This document shows, in pieces, positions 1-8,947 of a stretch of 64,000 nucleotides of DNA. Source of the DNA: Clostridia bacterium (GTDB lineage Bacteria > Bacillota > Clostridia > Christensenellales > CAG-917); the NCBI GenBank assembly GCA_017553325.1, contig JAFZMH010000007.1, positions 32,751-96,750 on the forward strand, written 5' to 3'. Both the position numbers and the translations under genes were made by a program. The notes under the pieces were generated by a model. It saw only the letters and a list, made by a program, of their open reading frames with translations, ran no database searches and was not told the origin of the DNA. Position 1 is the stretch's first letter. Every line of letters starts with the position of its first letter.

Positions 1-680
1 GGTGCGGACGTAGTTGCAAAGAGCGTAAACGGGTTGTCTCCCAAATAGTCCGCGCAAGCGGTGTCCTCAACGTCGATTACACCTTTTAACAAACGGTTGA
101 AAGTGGCTCCCACGACCTTTTTCGGCTCACCCAATATCCAAACGAGAAGGTCGAGCGTGTGTATCGCTTGATTCATGAGCACTCCACCGCCCTCGGTCAA
201 CCATCTCCCTCGCCAATCTGCTGACTCGTAGTAGGCTCTGTCGCGGTGCCAACGTACGCTTCCGAATGCATATTCGACCTTTTTGTCCTTCAAATAATCT
301 TTTGCGAAAATGCTGGAATTGTTGTATCGGTTTTGAAAGCATACGCCTAGTTTTGCCTTCGACTTTTCTTCCGCTGCCAGGATCTCGTCCATCTCGTCGA
401 GGCTTATGCACAAAGGCTTTTCGCAAAGCACGTTGATATTGCGTTCGAGCGCATAAATTACCATCTTTGCGTGCAGATAATGAGGCGTGCACACGTGGAC
501 GACGTCGATTTCCTCGTTGTCGAGCATATTTTTGTAATCGAAATACTTTTTTATTCCCTCGTATTCTCTTACCTTTTCAAAATCGGTATCGCAAAGCGCG
601 ACGATTTCCTCGCCCTGTGCTTTCAGCACTTCGTAGTGCACTTTGCCTATAACTCCAAGCCCGATAATTGCCGATTTCAT
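1..680 (-). CDS. Gfo/Idh/MocA family NAD(P)-dependent oxidoreductase (C-terminus runs off the window start)
   Basis: Open at the window edge, so absent from the ORF track. Translating the minus strand from ATG 680..678 gives MKSAIIGLGVIGKVHYEVLKAQGEEIVALCDTDFEKV...HYLHAKMVIYALERNINVLCEKPLCISLDEMDEI...GVCFQNRYN. It has the N-terminal GxGxxG Rossmann motif and the family EKP motif. Track ORF 127..492(-) is an off-frame shadow. Confidence 0.8.
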   Translation of the reverse strand, partial: MKSAIIGLGVIGKVHYEVLKAQGEEIVALCDTDFEKVREYEGIKKYFDYKNMLDNEEIDVVHVCTPHYLHAKMVIYALERNINVLCEKPLCISLDEMDEILAAEEKSKAKLGVCFQNRYNNSSIFAKDYLKDKKVEYAFGSVRWHRDRAYYESADWRGRWLTEGGGVLMNQAIHTLDLLVWILGEPKKVVGATFNRLLKGVIDVEDTACADYLGDNPFTLFATTSA

Positions 681-783
681 ACTATAAAGATAACACTTTG
701 CCAAAATGCTGTCAATTTGAAAAACTATTTTATTGCAAGCGGTTGACAAAGTTTCGGTTGATAGTTAGAATATAGGCATAATT

Positions 784-940
784 GGATAGAGGTTGTGACA
801 TTTATGACAAACCGAACGGTACAGACAACCGTCGGCGGGAAAGGAAATGTCACCGAAGTATAGCCTGACAGTCTGTTGGACGGCTATGCTGGGTCGGCGC
901 AAAATATGCGTCGGACTGTCACGCAAGTGGAGAGCTATCG
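784..940 (+). promoter_or_regulatory. Lysine riboswitch (L-box) aptamer
   Basis: P1 arms are GGATAG (784-789) and CTATC (935-939). AGAGGTTGTGACATT...AATGTCACCGAAG mirrors the conserved GGAGGCGC...GCGCCGAAG block. There is an ATAGCC/GGCTAT helix followed by GCTGG. The 3' block ACTGTCAC-GCAA-GTGGAGAGC matches the conserved ACUGUCA...UGGAGAGC. A terminator and an amino-acid ABC importer follow. Confidence 0.65.
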
Positions 941-952
941 AATATTGTTTTA

Positions 953-989
953 CCGCAATATGGCTTTCGCTTGTTGCGGATTTTTTTTC
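953..989 (+). terminator. Riboswitch expression-platform terminator
   Basis: Stem ccgcaa (953-958) / ttgcgg (974-979) followed by a T8 run (981-988), 50 nt upstream of the ABC start codon. ATATTG (942-947) can alternatively pair with CAATAT (957-962) as an antiterminator. Confidence 0.65.
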
Positions 990-1040
990 GCAACGGGCTA
1001 TGGTACTCCCTCCGATTAAATAAATCGCAAGGAGCAAACA

Positions 1041-1916
1041 ATGAAAAAGACAATCATCAAGGTCGTCACCATCGTCCTTACCGTCGCGATTTTTGCGACA
1101 CTCGTCTCGGTTTTTACGGGATGTAATTCCACCAAAAAGGACAGCAACAAACTCTACGTCGGACTTGAATGTGCCTACGCGCCTTTCAACTATACCTTAA
1201 CCGAGCAAATTCCCGGTTCGGTGCCGATTTACAACAGCAACTACAAACAACAATCCTCAAGTTATGCCTATGGCTACGACGTGCAGATTGCAAAGAAGAT
1301 TGCGGAAAGCCTCGGCAAAGAACTAGTCATCGTCAAACTCGAATGGGACGCACTCATTCCCGCCGTCAAAGCGGGAACTATCGACCTCATCATCGCGGGT
1401 ATGAGCCCGACAAGCGAAAGAAAGAAATCAATCGACTTTTCGGACGTCTACTATGAGAGCCAACTCGTCGTTGTCGTGAGAAACGACGGCGCGTTTAAGA
1501 ACGCAACTTCTCTCGACGAACTCAGGGGCGCAAAGATAGTCGCACAAAACGGAACTTTCCACAACGACGCACTTCAAGCACAGGCAAGCGCACATGGTAT
1601 AATCGCTCAACAGCCTATGGACGATTTTCCCGATATGATAAACGCATTGAACACGCGCGCGGTTGACGGCTACGTCGCAGAGGAACCCGGAGCAATTGAA
1701 AATTGCGCATCCAACCCAAATTTCACCTATATTCACCTCGTCAACAACACGACGGGTTTTGAAGCGACGGATGACGACGTTGCAATCGCGGTAGGTCTCA
1801 AAAAAGGAAGCGACCTTCTCTCCTCCGTCAACGCCGCGCTCGCAAATATTTCACAGGAAGAACGCGCAAGTATGATGCAAAACGCAATAACTCAATCAGC
1901 AGGCGCGGAAGAATAA
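1041..1916 (+). CDS. Polar amino-acid ABC transporter substrate-binding lipoprotein (family 3)
   Basis: 291 aa. Signal peptide with lipobox VFTGC. SBP_bac_3-like motifs (DLIIAGMSPTSERKKSIDFSDVYY). RBS AAGGAG 8 nt upstream. First gene after the lysine riboswitch. Confidence 0.85.
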   Translation: MKKTIIKVVTIVLTVAIFATLVSVFTGCNSTKKDSNKLYVGLECAYAPFNYTLTEQIPGSVPIYNSNYKQQSSSYAYGYDVQIAKKIAESLGKELVIVKLEWDALIPAVKAGTIDLIIAGMSPTSERKKSIDFSDVYYESQLVVVVRNDGAFKNATSLDELRGAKIVAQNGTFHNDALQAQASAHGIIAQQPMDDFPDMINALNTRAVDGYVAEEPGAIENCASNPNFTYIHLVNNTTGFEATDDDVAIAVGLKKGSDLLSSVNAALANISQEERASMMQNAITQSAGAEE

Positions 1917-1922
1917 CGAATT

Positions 1923-2693
1923 ATGTTTGAAACTATAGGAATAATAATCAAAGATTATTACAAATGGATTTTGGAAGGCGTGGGCTACACTATGCTCGTC
2001 GCGCTTGTCGGCACGCTTGTCGGGCTTGGAATCGGTATTTTGATCGGAATATTCCGCACTATGCCGACGCCGAAAAACAAGTTTTTGAAGGTGCTGAAAA
2101 AGATTGCGGACGTGATACTGTCAGCCTACGTCGAAGTCTTCCGTTGCACGCCTATGATGGTGCAAGCGATGGTCATCTTTTGGGGGTTCGCGTTCTTAAA
2201 CGACGGACAGACGCTCAACGTTACCGTGAGCGCACTCATCATCGTTTCCATCAACACGGGCGCATACATGGCGGAAATCGTGCGCGGGGGCATCATATCA
2301 ATAGACCAAGGTCAATTTGAAGCGGCGCACGCAATCGGTATGTCGCACTCTAAGACGATGTTCTACGTCGTCATACCTCAGGCTCTGCGCAACATACTCC
2401 CCTCGGTGAGCAACGAATTTGTCATCAACATAAAAGATACGTCCGTGCTCAACGTCATCGGGTTTGCGGAACTCTTCTTCCAAGCCAAAACAATCGTCAA
2501 AATCAACTACGAGACGTTTGCGACGTATTTGCTAGTAGCGGCAATATACTTTGTCCTCACCTATTCGATAACCCTCCTCCTCCGCCTCGTAGAGCGTAAA
2601 ATGGACGGAAAAAAGAATTATAAAGTGCTTGGCTCGCAGAATATGGACGCCGAAAGCTATGCAATCGAGATGGGAGGAAACAAAAATGACTGA
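1923..2693 (+). CDS. Amino-acid ABC transporter permease (His/Glu/Gln/Arg/opine family)
   Basis: 256 aa multi-TM protein. EAA-type loop [32 protein letters not shown]. Confidence 0.85.
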   Translation: MFETIGIIIKDYYKWILEGVGYTMLVALVGTLVGLGIGILIGIFRTMPTPKNKFLKVLKKIADVILSAYVEVFRCTPMMVQAMVIFWGFAFLNDGQTLNVTVSALIIVSINTGAYMAEIVRGGIISIDQGQFEAAHAIGMSHSKTMFYVVIPQALRNILPSVSNEFVINIKDTSVLNVIGFAELFFQAKTIVKINYETFATYLLVAAIYFVLTYSITLLLRLVERKMDGKKNYKVLGSQNMDAESYAIEMGGNKND

Positions 2694-3423
2694 AAATTCA
2701 AATTGCGAAATCATTCGCGTCGAACATCTCAGCAAGTCGTTTGGCGAACATCAAGTGCTGAAAGACGTGGACTTTGTCGTGAACAAAGGCGACGTCATCT
2801 GCATTATCGGCAGTTCGGGCAGCGGCAAAAGCACTCTGCTTCGTTGCATAAACCTGTTTGAAACGCCGTCGGGCGGAAAAATACTCTACCACGGTCAGGA
2901 CGTCGCGCACACGAAAAACCCCGACCTCTATCGCAGAAACGTCGGAATGGTGTTTCAATCTTTCAACCTTTTCAACAACTACAACGTGCTTTCAAACTGC
3001 ACGCTTGGTCTCAAAAAAGTCTTGAAAATGAAAAAGGCGGAAGCGAACGAGCGCGCCCTTCACTACCTCAAAATCGTCGGCATGGACGCATATCAAAAGG
3101 CAAAACCGAAACAACTCTCCGGCGGTCAAAAACAGCGCGTGGCAATCGCGCGCGCACTATCCATGCAACCCGAGGTCATACTCTTTGACGAACCGACTTC
3201 CGCTCTCGACCCCGAAATGGTGGGCGAAGTCCTCTCCGTCATGCAGGACCTCGCAAAATCGGGACTCACGATGATTGTCGTCACTCACGAGATGAGTTTT
3301 GCAAAGAACGTCGCAAACCGCGTCGTATTTATGGACGACGGCGTCATCCTTGAAGAAGGCACTCCAAAGCAAATCTTTGAAAGCCCAAAAGAATCCCGAA
3401 CCCGCGAGTTTTTGGGACTTTGA
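2686..3423 (+). CDS. Amino-acid ABC transporter ATP-binding protein
   Basis: Walker [10 protein letters not shown], signature [15 protein letters not shown], Walker [13 protein letters not shown] trimmed the start to ATG 2686 (RBS GGGAGG at 2672-2677), which overlaps the permease stop (ATGACTGA). Confidence 0.9.
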   Translation: MTENSNCEIIRVEHLSKSFGEHQVLKDVDFVVNKGDVICIIGSSGSGKSTLLRCINLFETPSGGKILYHGQDVAHTKNPDLYRRNVGMVFQSFNLFNNYNVLSNCTLGLKKVLKMKKAEANERALHYLKIVGMDAYQKAKPKQLSGGQKQRVAIARALSMQPEVILFDEPTSALDPEMVGEVLSVMQDLAKSGLTMIVVTHEMSFAKNVANRVVFMDDGVILEEGTPKQIFESPKESRTREFLGL

Positions 3424-3429
3424 TAGTTT

Positions 3430-3461
3430 AAAACCGCGAGGAAATATCCTCGCGGTTTTTA
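3430..3461. terminator. Bidirectional rho-independent terminator
   Basis: ccgcgagga-aata-tcctcgcgg (9-bp stem), A-run before and T5 after. Lies between convergent genes ending at 3423(+) and 3486(-). Confidence 0.8.
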
Positions 3462-3485
3462 TGTTTTGCTTGATATAGTTATTTA

Positions 3486-5417
3486 CTAATACACCAACAA
3501 ACTATCTGCTTCGTCAGCAAAAACCATCAAACAATCGTTCAAGTCGTAAACGCTGCCGAATGTACCACTGCCAAACACAAACACACCGGCATCGCTATCT
3601 GCCAAGCCTTCTACTTGATAAATCAGTTCCATATAATTTAATGATTGAATTATTTCGACTTGCATTCCGACCGCCGTTCCGCATACCGAACCAGCAGGTG
3701 TAACCAAAGAGGAGCTCGGAGCTTGAATAATACGAATCACGAGAGGCATCAAATAGTAATCCTCATCCTGAACATAAATCATTTCGCAGACTTCGGAAGC
3801 ATTTATGTACCCCAAATCCTTTGAAGTCGGGTTTTTGACTTTCTTATATCGAACGCCACCCGCAGTTTTGTCATACAACGTGCCGTCTGCATTGTAGATC
3901 CAGCCGTCTGCATCAAGAAGCTCATTTGCTTTTGCTATATCCAAATTCATTGAAGTGCTTGTGGCTTCTCCCGCCCAATAGCCGTTCAATCTGAAAGAAT
4001 AATTTGCGGGATTCGGCACATTGTAATAGTCTTGGATATCTTGCCAATTCAACGCCTTGCTCAGTGCTTGACGGACGGCTCTTGAGGCAAGAGGACCTAT
4101 CGCTTTGATTTGCAACATACAATTATTCGGTCTGCAGTCCACCGCTATCGGTGACTCCTGCGAAGAAAATTCTCCTACGTCATAACCGAAATGCACAAAA
4201 GCTTGCGACTGTTGAGGATAAACCTCTGATTCGATATGAATGTTTTTCACCGCTTCATCATTAGAATTTGCAGTAAGGTCGATGCCACCTTTTCCGTTAT
4301 CGTTGCGCCCTTTGGTTATTCTATATGCGCCCGAAGTGGCAAAAGAAATATCTTTGTTGTTTTCGTCAATAATACTTCGCAAAACAAACCGTTCGTTTTC
4401 ATCTTTGACATAAGCGGAATTCGGCAAAGCCAACCCTTGCTCCGTCGCAACAAGTTCGTTATCCCCCAAGAAAATCACATTGGGATACGGATATAAATCA
4501 AGAAGCTCCTCCGCCCAATAATAATTTGCGTATTTCTCGTCGTACGTGAAAACCATGGTATATTCGTCCGTCATCTTCACTCCCTTGAACGCAGTTTGCG
4601 TCGTCGCGGTTGAAAACGTTCCGTAACCGTCGAGTTTTTCCGCAAGAGCCTCATACTCGGCGTTTGAATAAATCGGGGACGCGAGCACCAACAATTTTCC
4701 GAGATAGTTTTGTGCTTTTATGGGAGTTCCGTCCGAAAATGTCAAATCGTTGCGGATAGTCACCGTCACTTGACGTTTGCCTTCCGCATTGATTATGCTC
4801 TCGTGCGAAGCGACAACGTCGTTATTGAAAGAGATCTTGCCTTGACTGTCGTTCACGAGAAGTCCTTGTCCTTTGATAAGCGCACGCCAATCCAAATACG
4901 TCGAACTGCTTGTCCAATACGGATCGCGAGCAGTCATCATCAAATTGAGCGCATCACCGCTTGTAGGAACCCAAAAACGCGCTTGTTCAAAACCCATATA
5001 TCTTGTTATCGGATGGTCCTCTACACCTTCAACATTGCTATATGCGAGATAGTAATAATGCGGCGCCATAACAACACCTTGCATATAATCCATGCGCCTG
5101 TTGTACCACTCATACCACTTTTTGAAGACTTCATCCTCGGTCAGTCCGCCTGAGGCTTGCGAATTGAACACCATAGCGTTGGCAAGGAAGTTCAAACCAA
5201 GATCGTATCTCTCGTTGTTCACAATAAGATACGCAAGGCCGTTGTCATCCTCGTTTACATCCGTCCAGGAGACGCTTGCTCCGCCGTTGTATTCGTCTAT
5301 AACTTTCGGTTCAACTCTTTGTTGCTGCTCGTCAGGCTTTTTGTTGCATGCGAAGAGCGCGAGCGCAAACACGCACGTTAATGCGATTATCGGCAACAAT
5401 TTAAGCAATTTTTTCAT
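3486..5417 (-). CDS. Orphan extracellular solute-binding lipoprotein, family 5 (peptide/nickel-type SBP fold)
   Basis: Start trimmed to ATG 5417 (RBS GGAGG 9 nt upstream). MKKLLKLLPIIALTCVFALALFAC lipobox. Family-5-like blocks LTFSDGTPIKAQNY, AVRQALSKALNWQ, ANELLDADGWIYNADGTLY. No cognate permease or ATPase genes adjacent. Confidence 0.7.
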   Translation of the reverse strand: MKKLLKLLPIIALTCVFALALFACNKKPDEQQQRVEPKVIDEYNGGASVSWTDVNEDDNGLAYLIVNNERYDLGLNFLANAMVFNSQASGGLTEDEVFKKWYEWYNRRMDYMQGVVMAPHYYYLAYSNVEGVEDHPITRYMGFEQARFWVPTSGDALNLMMTARDPYWTSSSTYLDWRALIKGQGLLVNDSQGKISFNNDVVASHESIINAEGKRQVTVTIRNDLTFSDGTPIKAQNYLGKLLVLASPIYSNAEYEALAEKLDGYGTFSTATTQTAFKGVKMTDEYTMVFTYDEKYANYYWAEELLDLYPYPNVIFLGDNELVATEQGLALPNSAYVKDENERFVLRSIIDENNKDISFATSGAYRITKGRNDNGKGGIDLTANSNDEAVKNIHIESEVYPQQSQAFVHFGYDVGEFSSQESPIAVDCRPNNCMLQIKAIGPLASRAVRQALSKALNWQDIQDYYNVPNPANYSFRLNGYWAGEATSTSMNLDIAKANELLDADGWIYNADGTLYDKTAGGVRYKKVKNPTSKDLGYINASEVCEMIYVQDEDYYLMPLVIRIIQAPSSSLVTPAGSVCGTAVGMQVEIIQSLNYMELIYQVEGLADSDAGVFVFGSGTFGSVYDLNDCLMVFADEADSLLVY

Positions 5418-6393
5418 TTTCTGTTTCCTCCTGTTTATTAGGGTATAGCGGATGTTTTGTTTCATATCCGCACTTTGAACAATGATACTTCATCTCGTAA
5501 TAAACAAAATCGTGTGGTTCTTCAAAATATGATCCACATACATTGCACGTTCCAATGTGTGTAATTGGATTGATTGTGTATGTATTAGCATAATGCTGAC
5601 CATATATCGTTTGACTGCATACGCTACACGTATGCCAATGATACGTATTGCTGGATGAGTATGCTCCAAAAGTATGATTGTTTGTTATAAGACTTCTTCC
5701 GCAATAATAACAACCATATGTATGCGTATAGTCATTATATGAAATCAAGCACGTTGAAGTATGATTTGAATTGTGCCTATAAACACAAACGAAATCTCCT
5801 GGATAACTCAGCAGTTTATCTCCAATAGCAGGGGTATAAAAAGGATGATGTACTAAGTCTGATTCAACTATTTGTCCTTTTCCCCATTTGGATTTTATTC
5901 GAACAGACGTTGTTGTGCTACCTGTCTGAACAACCATTGCCGAATGCTTGATTTCATTGTCAAATATATATGTTGTGTCACTATATTTATATAAAATAAT
6001 ATCTCCAACTTGCAAATTACTTGCGATAGTATCAGTTAGGTATTCATCACTGTAAATGATGCTATAACAAGTATTTGACGGATTCCCCACATATGGGGTA
6101 GGATCGTTGATATTGAACTGAGTCTCAGCTATATACGCATATAAATCGCCTTGATAGTACCACGCAAAAGTATGGCAATTGAACGTATCGGTAGCAATAT
6201 CAACCAAAAGTGTTGCACCCGTATAGTTGCTTATATTATAGCTATATCCATCGGTCCCAGTGCCGTATTCGATTTCTATTTGAATTCCAGCAGGAGTATA
6301 AATATAATAACTGGAAGATGATGTTACAGCCATCTGTGACCCATATAGAATTGTTGCAGGTATTATAAGACTAAGTAACAGTTTTTGAATCAT
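5401..6393 (-). CDS. Secreted protein: putative papain-fold Cys/His amidase-like N-domain plus four H-C-x2-C-H zinc-knuckle-like repeats
   Basis: 330 aa with an N-terminal hydrophobic signal. Candidate Cys (FNCHTFAW) and His (IKHSAMVV) dyad. C-terminus has HTYGCYYCGRSLITNNH, HTCSVCSQTIYGQH, HIGTCNVCGSYFEEPH, HCSKCGYETKH. Very AT-rich coding sequence and no strong SD. The stop overlaps the downstream SBP start by 17 nt. Confidence 0.6.
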   Translation of the reverse strand: MIQKLLLSLIIPATILYGSQMAVTSSSSYYIYTPAGIQIEIEYGTGTDGYSYNISNYTGATLLVDIATDTFNCHTFAWYYQGDLYAYIAETQFNINDPTPYVGNPSNTCYSIIYSDEYLTDTIASNLQVGDIILYKYSDTTYIFDNEIKHSAMVVQTGSTTTSVRIKSKWGKGQIVESDLVHHPFYTPAIGDKLLSYPGDFVCVYRHNSNHTSTCLISYNDYTHTYGCYYCGRSLITNNHTFGAYSSSNTYHWHTCSVCSQTIYGQHYANTYTINPITHIGTCNVCGSYFEEPHDFVYYEMKYHCSKCGYETKHPLYPNKQEETENEKIA

Positions 6394-6591
6394 AGTTTCA
6401 CATCACAAATGCTATTTTGATTTTTCAGTAAATTATCTTTACTCCCTAATCCATATAATAGTTGCATTTTATATGGAAAAAAGTGACAACTATTTGGAAT
6501 TTTTTGCTTTACAACAATAATTATGCGGTAAAAACCACAAATAGTCAATCACTTTATTCGGGTAAAGTAGTCGTTAAATTGATTTTATAGA

Positions 6592-8097
6592 TTATTTTCC
6601 TCTAAACATAAACCCTTCCTTTTGATAGACCTTGAGTTGAAGGTTGAGTTGCTCGATGAACTCTTTGTTTGAGGAGGTGCGAACAAGCATATTGAGAATA
6701 TTCTCGGTGGCGTCTGCGTTGTCCGTGTTGGAAAGGAGTTTGCGGATGCCCCACATACCCTCGAGTTCGCTTGCGGAGAGCAAGAGTTCTTCCTTTCTCG
6801 TGCCGCTCTTGGCAAGATCGATTGCCGGGAATATGCGTTTTTCGCTCAGACGTCTGTCTAGGTGAATTTCCATATTCCCCGTGCCCTTGAATTCCTCGAA
6901 TATAACGTCGTCCATACGACTGCCGGTATCTATGAGCGCGGTTGCTATTATCGTGAGCGAACCACCGCCCTCGATATTTCTCGCAGAACCGAAGAAGCGT
7001 TTAGGGCTGTGAAGCGCGCCGGGGTCTATACCGCCCGACAACGTTCTGCCCGTCGGCGGAATCGTCAGGTTGTAGGCGCGCGCAAGTCTTGTCAAGCTGT
7101 CGAGCAAGATGACGACGTCTTTGCCGTTTTCGACGAGACGCTTGGCTCTTTCAAGCAACATTTCAGCCGTCTTGGTGTGATGCTCGGGGAGTTCGTCAAA
7201 GGTGGAATATATCACTTCGCCCTTTATCGAGCGTTGCATATCCGTCACTTCCTCGGGACGCTCGTCGATAAGCAGAACTTTGAGTTCGATTTCCGGATAG
7301 TTTTTGGATATTGCGTTTGCAATCATTTTGAGAAGCGTCGTCTTGCCTGCCTTCGGCGGAGAGACGATGATGCCTCTTTGTCCCTTGCCTATCGGAGATA
7401 CGAGGTCGATACAGCGCGTGGCGTACTCTCTCGGGTTGCTTGCGAGTTCGAGGCGTATACGTTCGTCGGGGTAAATCGGCACGAGGTCGTCAAAGTTGGG
7501 ACGCTTGCCGACTTTCGCCACGTCAACGCCGTTTATCGTGAGCACGCTGACGACTGCGGACGGTCTTCCCTCTTGCAATATTTTGCAGGACGCTTTGACG
7601 TAGTCTCCGCGACGCAAATCGTATTGCTTGATTTTTGCGGAAGCGACGTAGGCGTCCATCTCGTTGAATTCGCCGTTTTTTACTCTCAAAAAGCCGTAGC
7701 CGTCCGGATGCATTTCAAGATATCCTTCTCTAACCTGTTCGACGTCCGAGCCCGCAGGCGATTCCGAAACCTTCTTCAATGCGGGAAAATTCTCCTTGTC
7801 CTCGAAATCGGTCTTTACGTTGTCGACGCGATGAAACTTGATTTGAGGACGGTTGTCCTCGTTTTTAGACCTGTTGCCGACTTTACTTGCGGGTTCCGTT
7901 GCCACAAGTTCCTTTTTCGGTCTTCCGCGACGCGGAGCGACGGGCGGGTCCATCTTGCCGTTGCTGATCTTGTAAATCAATTCGATAAGTTCCGCTTTGT
8001 TCATTTTGGTTGGAGCGGGAACGCCGACTTCCTTGCCTATTGCGCGAATTTCAAAGATACTCTTTGAATTCAGTTCGTCCATAGAATAACTTGCCAT
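6592..8097 (-). CDS. rho: Transcription termination factor Rho (with N-terminal insertion domain)
   Basis: 501 aa. Rho N-terminal helix bundle ([21 protein letters not shown]), CSD-like [11 protein letters not shown], Walker [11 protein letters not shown], RecA-type core. About 85 extra residues lie between the helix bundle and the CSD. RBS AGGAG. Confidence 0.95.
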   Translation of the reverse strand: MASYSMDELNSKSIFEIRAIGKEVGVPAPTKMNKAELIELIYKISNGKMDPPVAPRRGRPKKELVATEPASKVGNRSKNEDNRPQIKFHRVDNVKTDFEDKENFPALKKVSESPAGSDVEQVREGYLEMHPDGYGFLRVKNGEFNEMDAYVASAKIKQYDLRRGDYVKASCKILQEGRPSAVVSVLTINGVDVAKVGKRPNFDDLVPIYPDERIRLELASNPREYATRCIDLVSPIGKGQRGIIVSPPKAGKTTLLKMIANAISKNYPEIELKVLLIDERPEEVTDMQRSIKGEVIYSTFDELPEHHTKTAEMLLERAKRLVENGKDVVILLDSLTRLARAYNLTIPPTGRTLSGGIDPGALHSPKRFFGSARNIEGGGSLTIIATALIDTGSRMDDVIFEEFKGTGNMEIHLDRRLSEKRIFPAIDLAKSGTRKEELLLSASELEGMWGIRKLLSNTDNADATENILNMLVRTSSNKEFIEQLNLQLKVYQKEGFMFRGK

Positions 8098-8248
8098 AAA
8101 TATCTCCTATAAACAGTATTTTTCATTAAGTTTGATTATCCGCTGAAAACGCGGAATAAATTGTGAATTATCTTTTGCAAATCGAACGCGAGGTTCTCAG
8201 CAGAACGTATAAACCGTCCGCGCGGCTTGCGCCACGCAGACGCATAAA

Positions 8249-8902
8249 TCATTTCGAAAGTTTTTCAAGTACCAAGACTTTCGTCTCCTCACCGTTGAAA
8301 TCGGCGCGGTCAAATTCGACTGTCGGGGACTCTGCGTAGACGACGTTTTCGTCGTCGAACAGGCTCAAAAACTCACCGACTTTGTCAATGTCAAATTCGC
8401 AGTCTCTCGTCTTGTAGTGCATCGGGATAACGACGTCAGGCATAATGCGGTCAACGTATTCCTTTGCTTGCTTTGCGTCAATGGTAAAGTTGCCGCCGAC
8501 GGGAATGAGTAGGATGTTCACGGGCATAATGCTCTCGACGATCATACCGTTGCACTCCTCGCCGATGTCGCCCATGTGGCAGACGTCGACGCCGTCCATA
8601 CGATATTTGAACACGAGCACTTCCCCTCTCGACGCGCCTTTTTTGTCATCGTGATAGGCGCGCGACGCAAGCATATGCACGCCGCCGATTTCATACGCGC
8701 CAACGCGGTTCAAAACCGTCGGATCACCCGAAACCTTTTGAATGTAGGAGTGGTCCTTGTGCGCGTGCGACACGGTGACTACGTCCGCTTCCACGTCCGG
8801 CATTTCATAGCCGACGTAGGAGTGATACGGGTCTGTGACTATTCTCGTCCCCGTGCTCTCTTCAAGCAGAAACGAGGAATGTCCAAGCCAAGTAATTTTC
8901 AC
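8249..8902 (-). CDS. MBL-fold metal-dependent hydrolase (UPF0173-like)
   Basis: 217 aa. MKITWLGHSSFLLE start, HAHKDH metal motif. GTG start with RBS AGGAGG 7 nt upstream. Confidence 0.8.
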   Translation of the reverse strand: MKITWLGHSSFLLEESTGTRIVTDPYHSYVGYEMPDVEADVVTVSHAHKDHSYIQKVSGDPTVLNRVGAYEIGGVHMLASRAYHDDKKGASRGEVLVFKYRMDGVDVCHMGDIGEECNGMIVESIMPVNILLIPVGGNFTIDAKQAKEYVDRIMPDVVIPMHYKTRDCEFDIDKVGEFLSLFDDENVVYAESPTVEFDRADFNGEETKVLVLEKLSK

Positions 8903-8947
8903 TTTGTTTCCTCCTTGTCAAAATGACAATTTCAAAAATCTAACCGA

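Noticed and set aside
127-746. Track ORFs 127..492(-), 467..652(+) and 471..746(+).
   Set aside because: All overlap the much better Gfo/Idh/MocA reading frame (1..680, minus) in other frames. Their Arg-rich or odd composition is typical of shadow ORFs.
765-1037. 90-aa minus-strand ORF upstream of the ABC transporter.
   Set aside because: It lies exactly over the lysine-riboswitch aptamer and terminator, has no RBS, and its composition is unlike the neighbouring proteins.
6862-8067. 401-aa + strand ORF antisense to rho. Similar long antisense ORFs occur at 26330..27355 (smc), 46183..47049 (guaB), 51013..51876 (pta), 15440..16384, 20248..21093 and 18289..18978.
   Set aside because: These are mirror-frame ORFs opposite strongly supported genes. 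They are rich in R/V/F/D as expected from antisense GC3 codons, and they have no RBS or motifs.
8133-8250. Possible sixth, divergent copy of the AYGAG element downstream of the MBL hydrolase gene.
   Set aside because: It shares only the 3' GCAGACGC-ATAAATC block and a weak closing helix. It lacks the AYGAG, RAGGAAG and CTRACAA blocks. It is reported under the rho finding instead.
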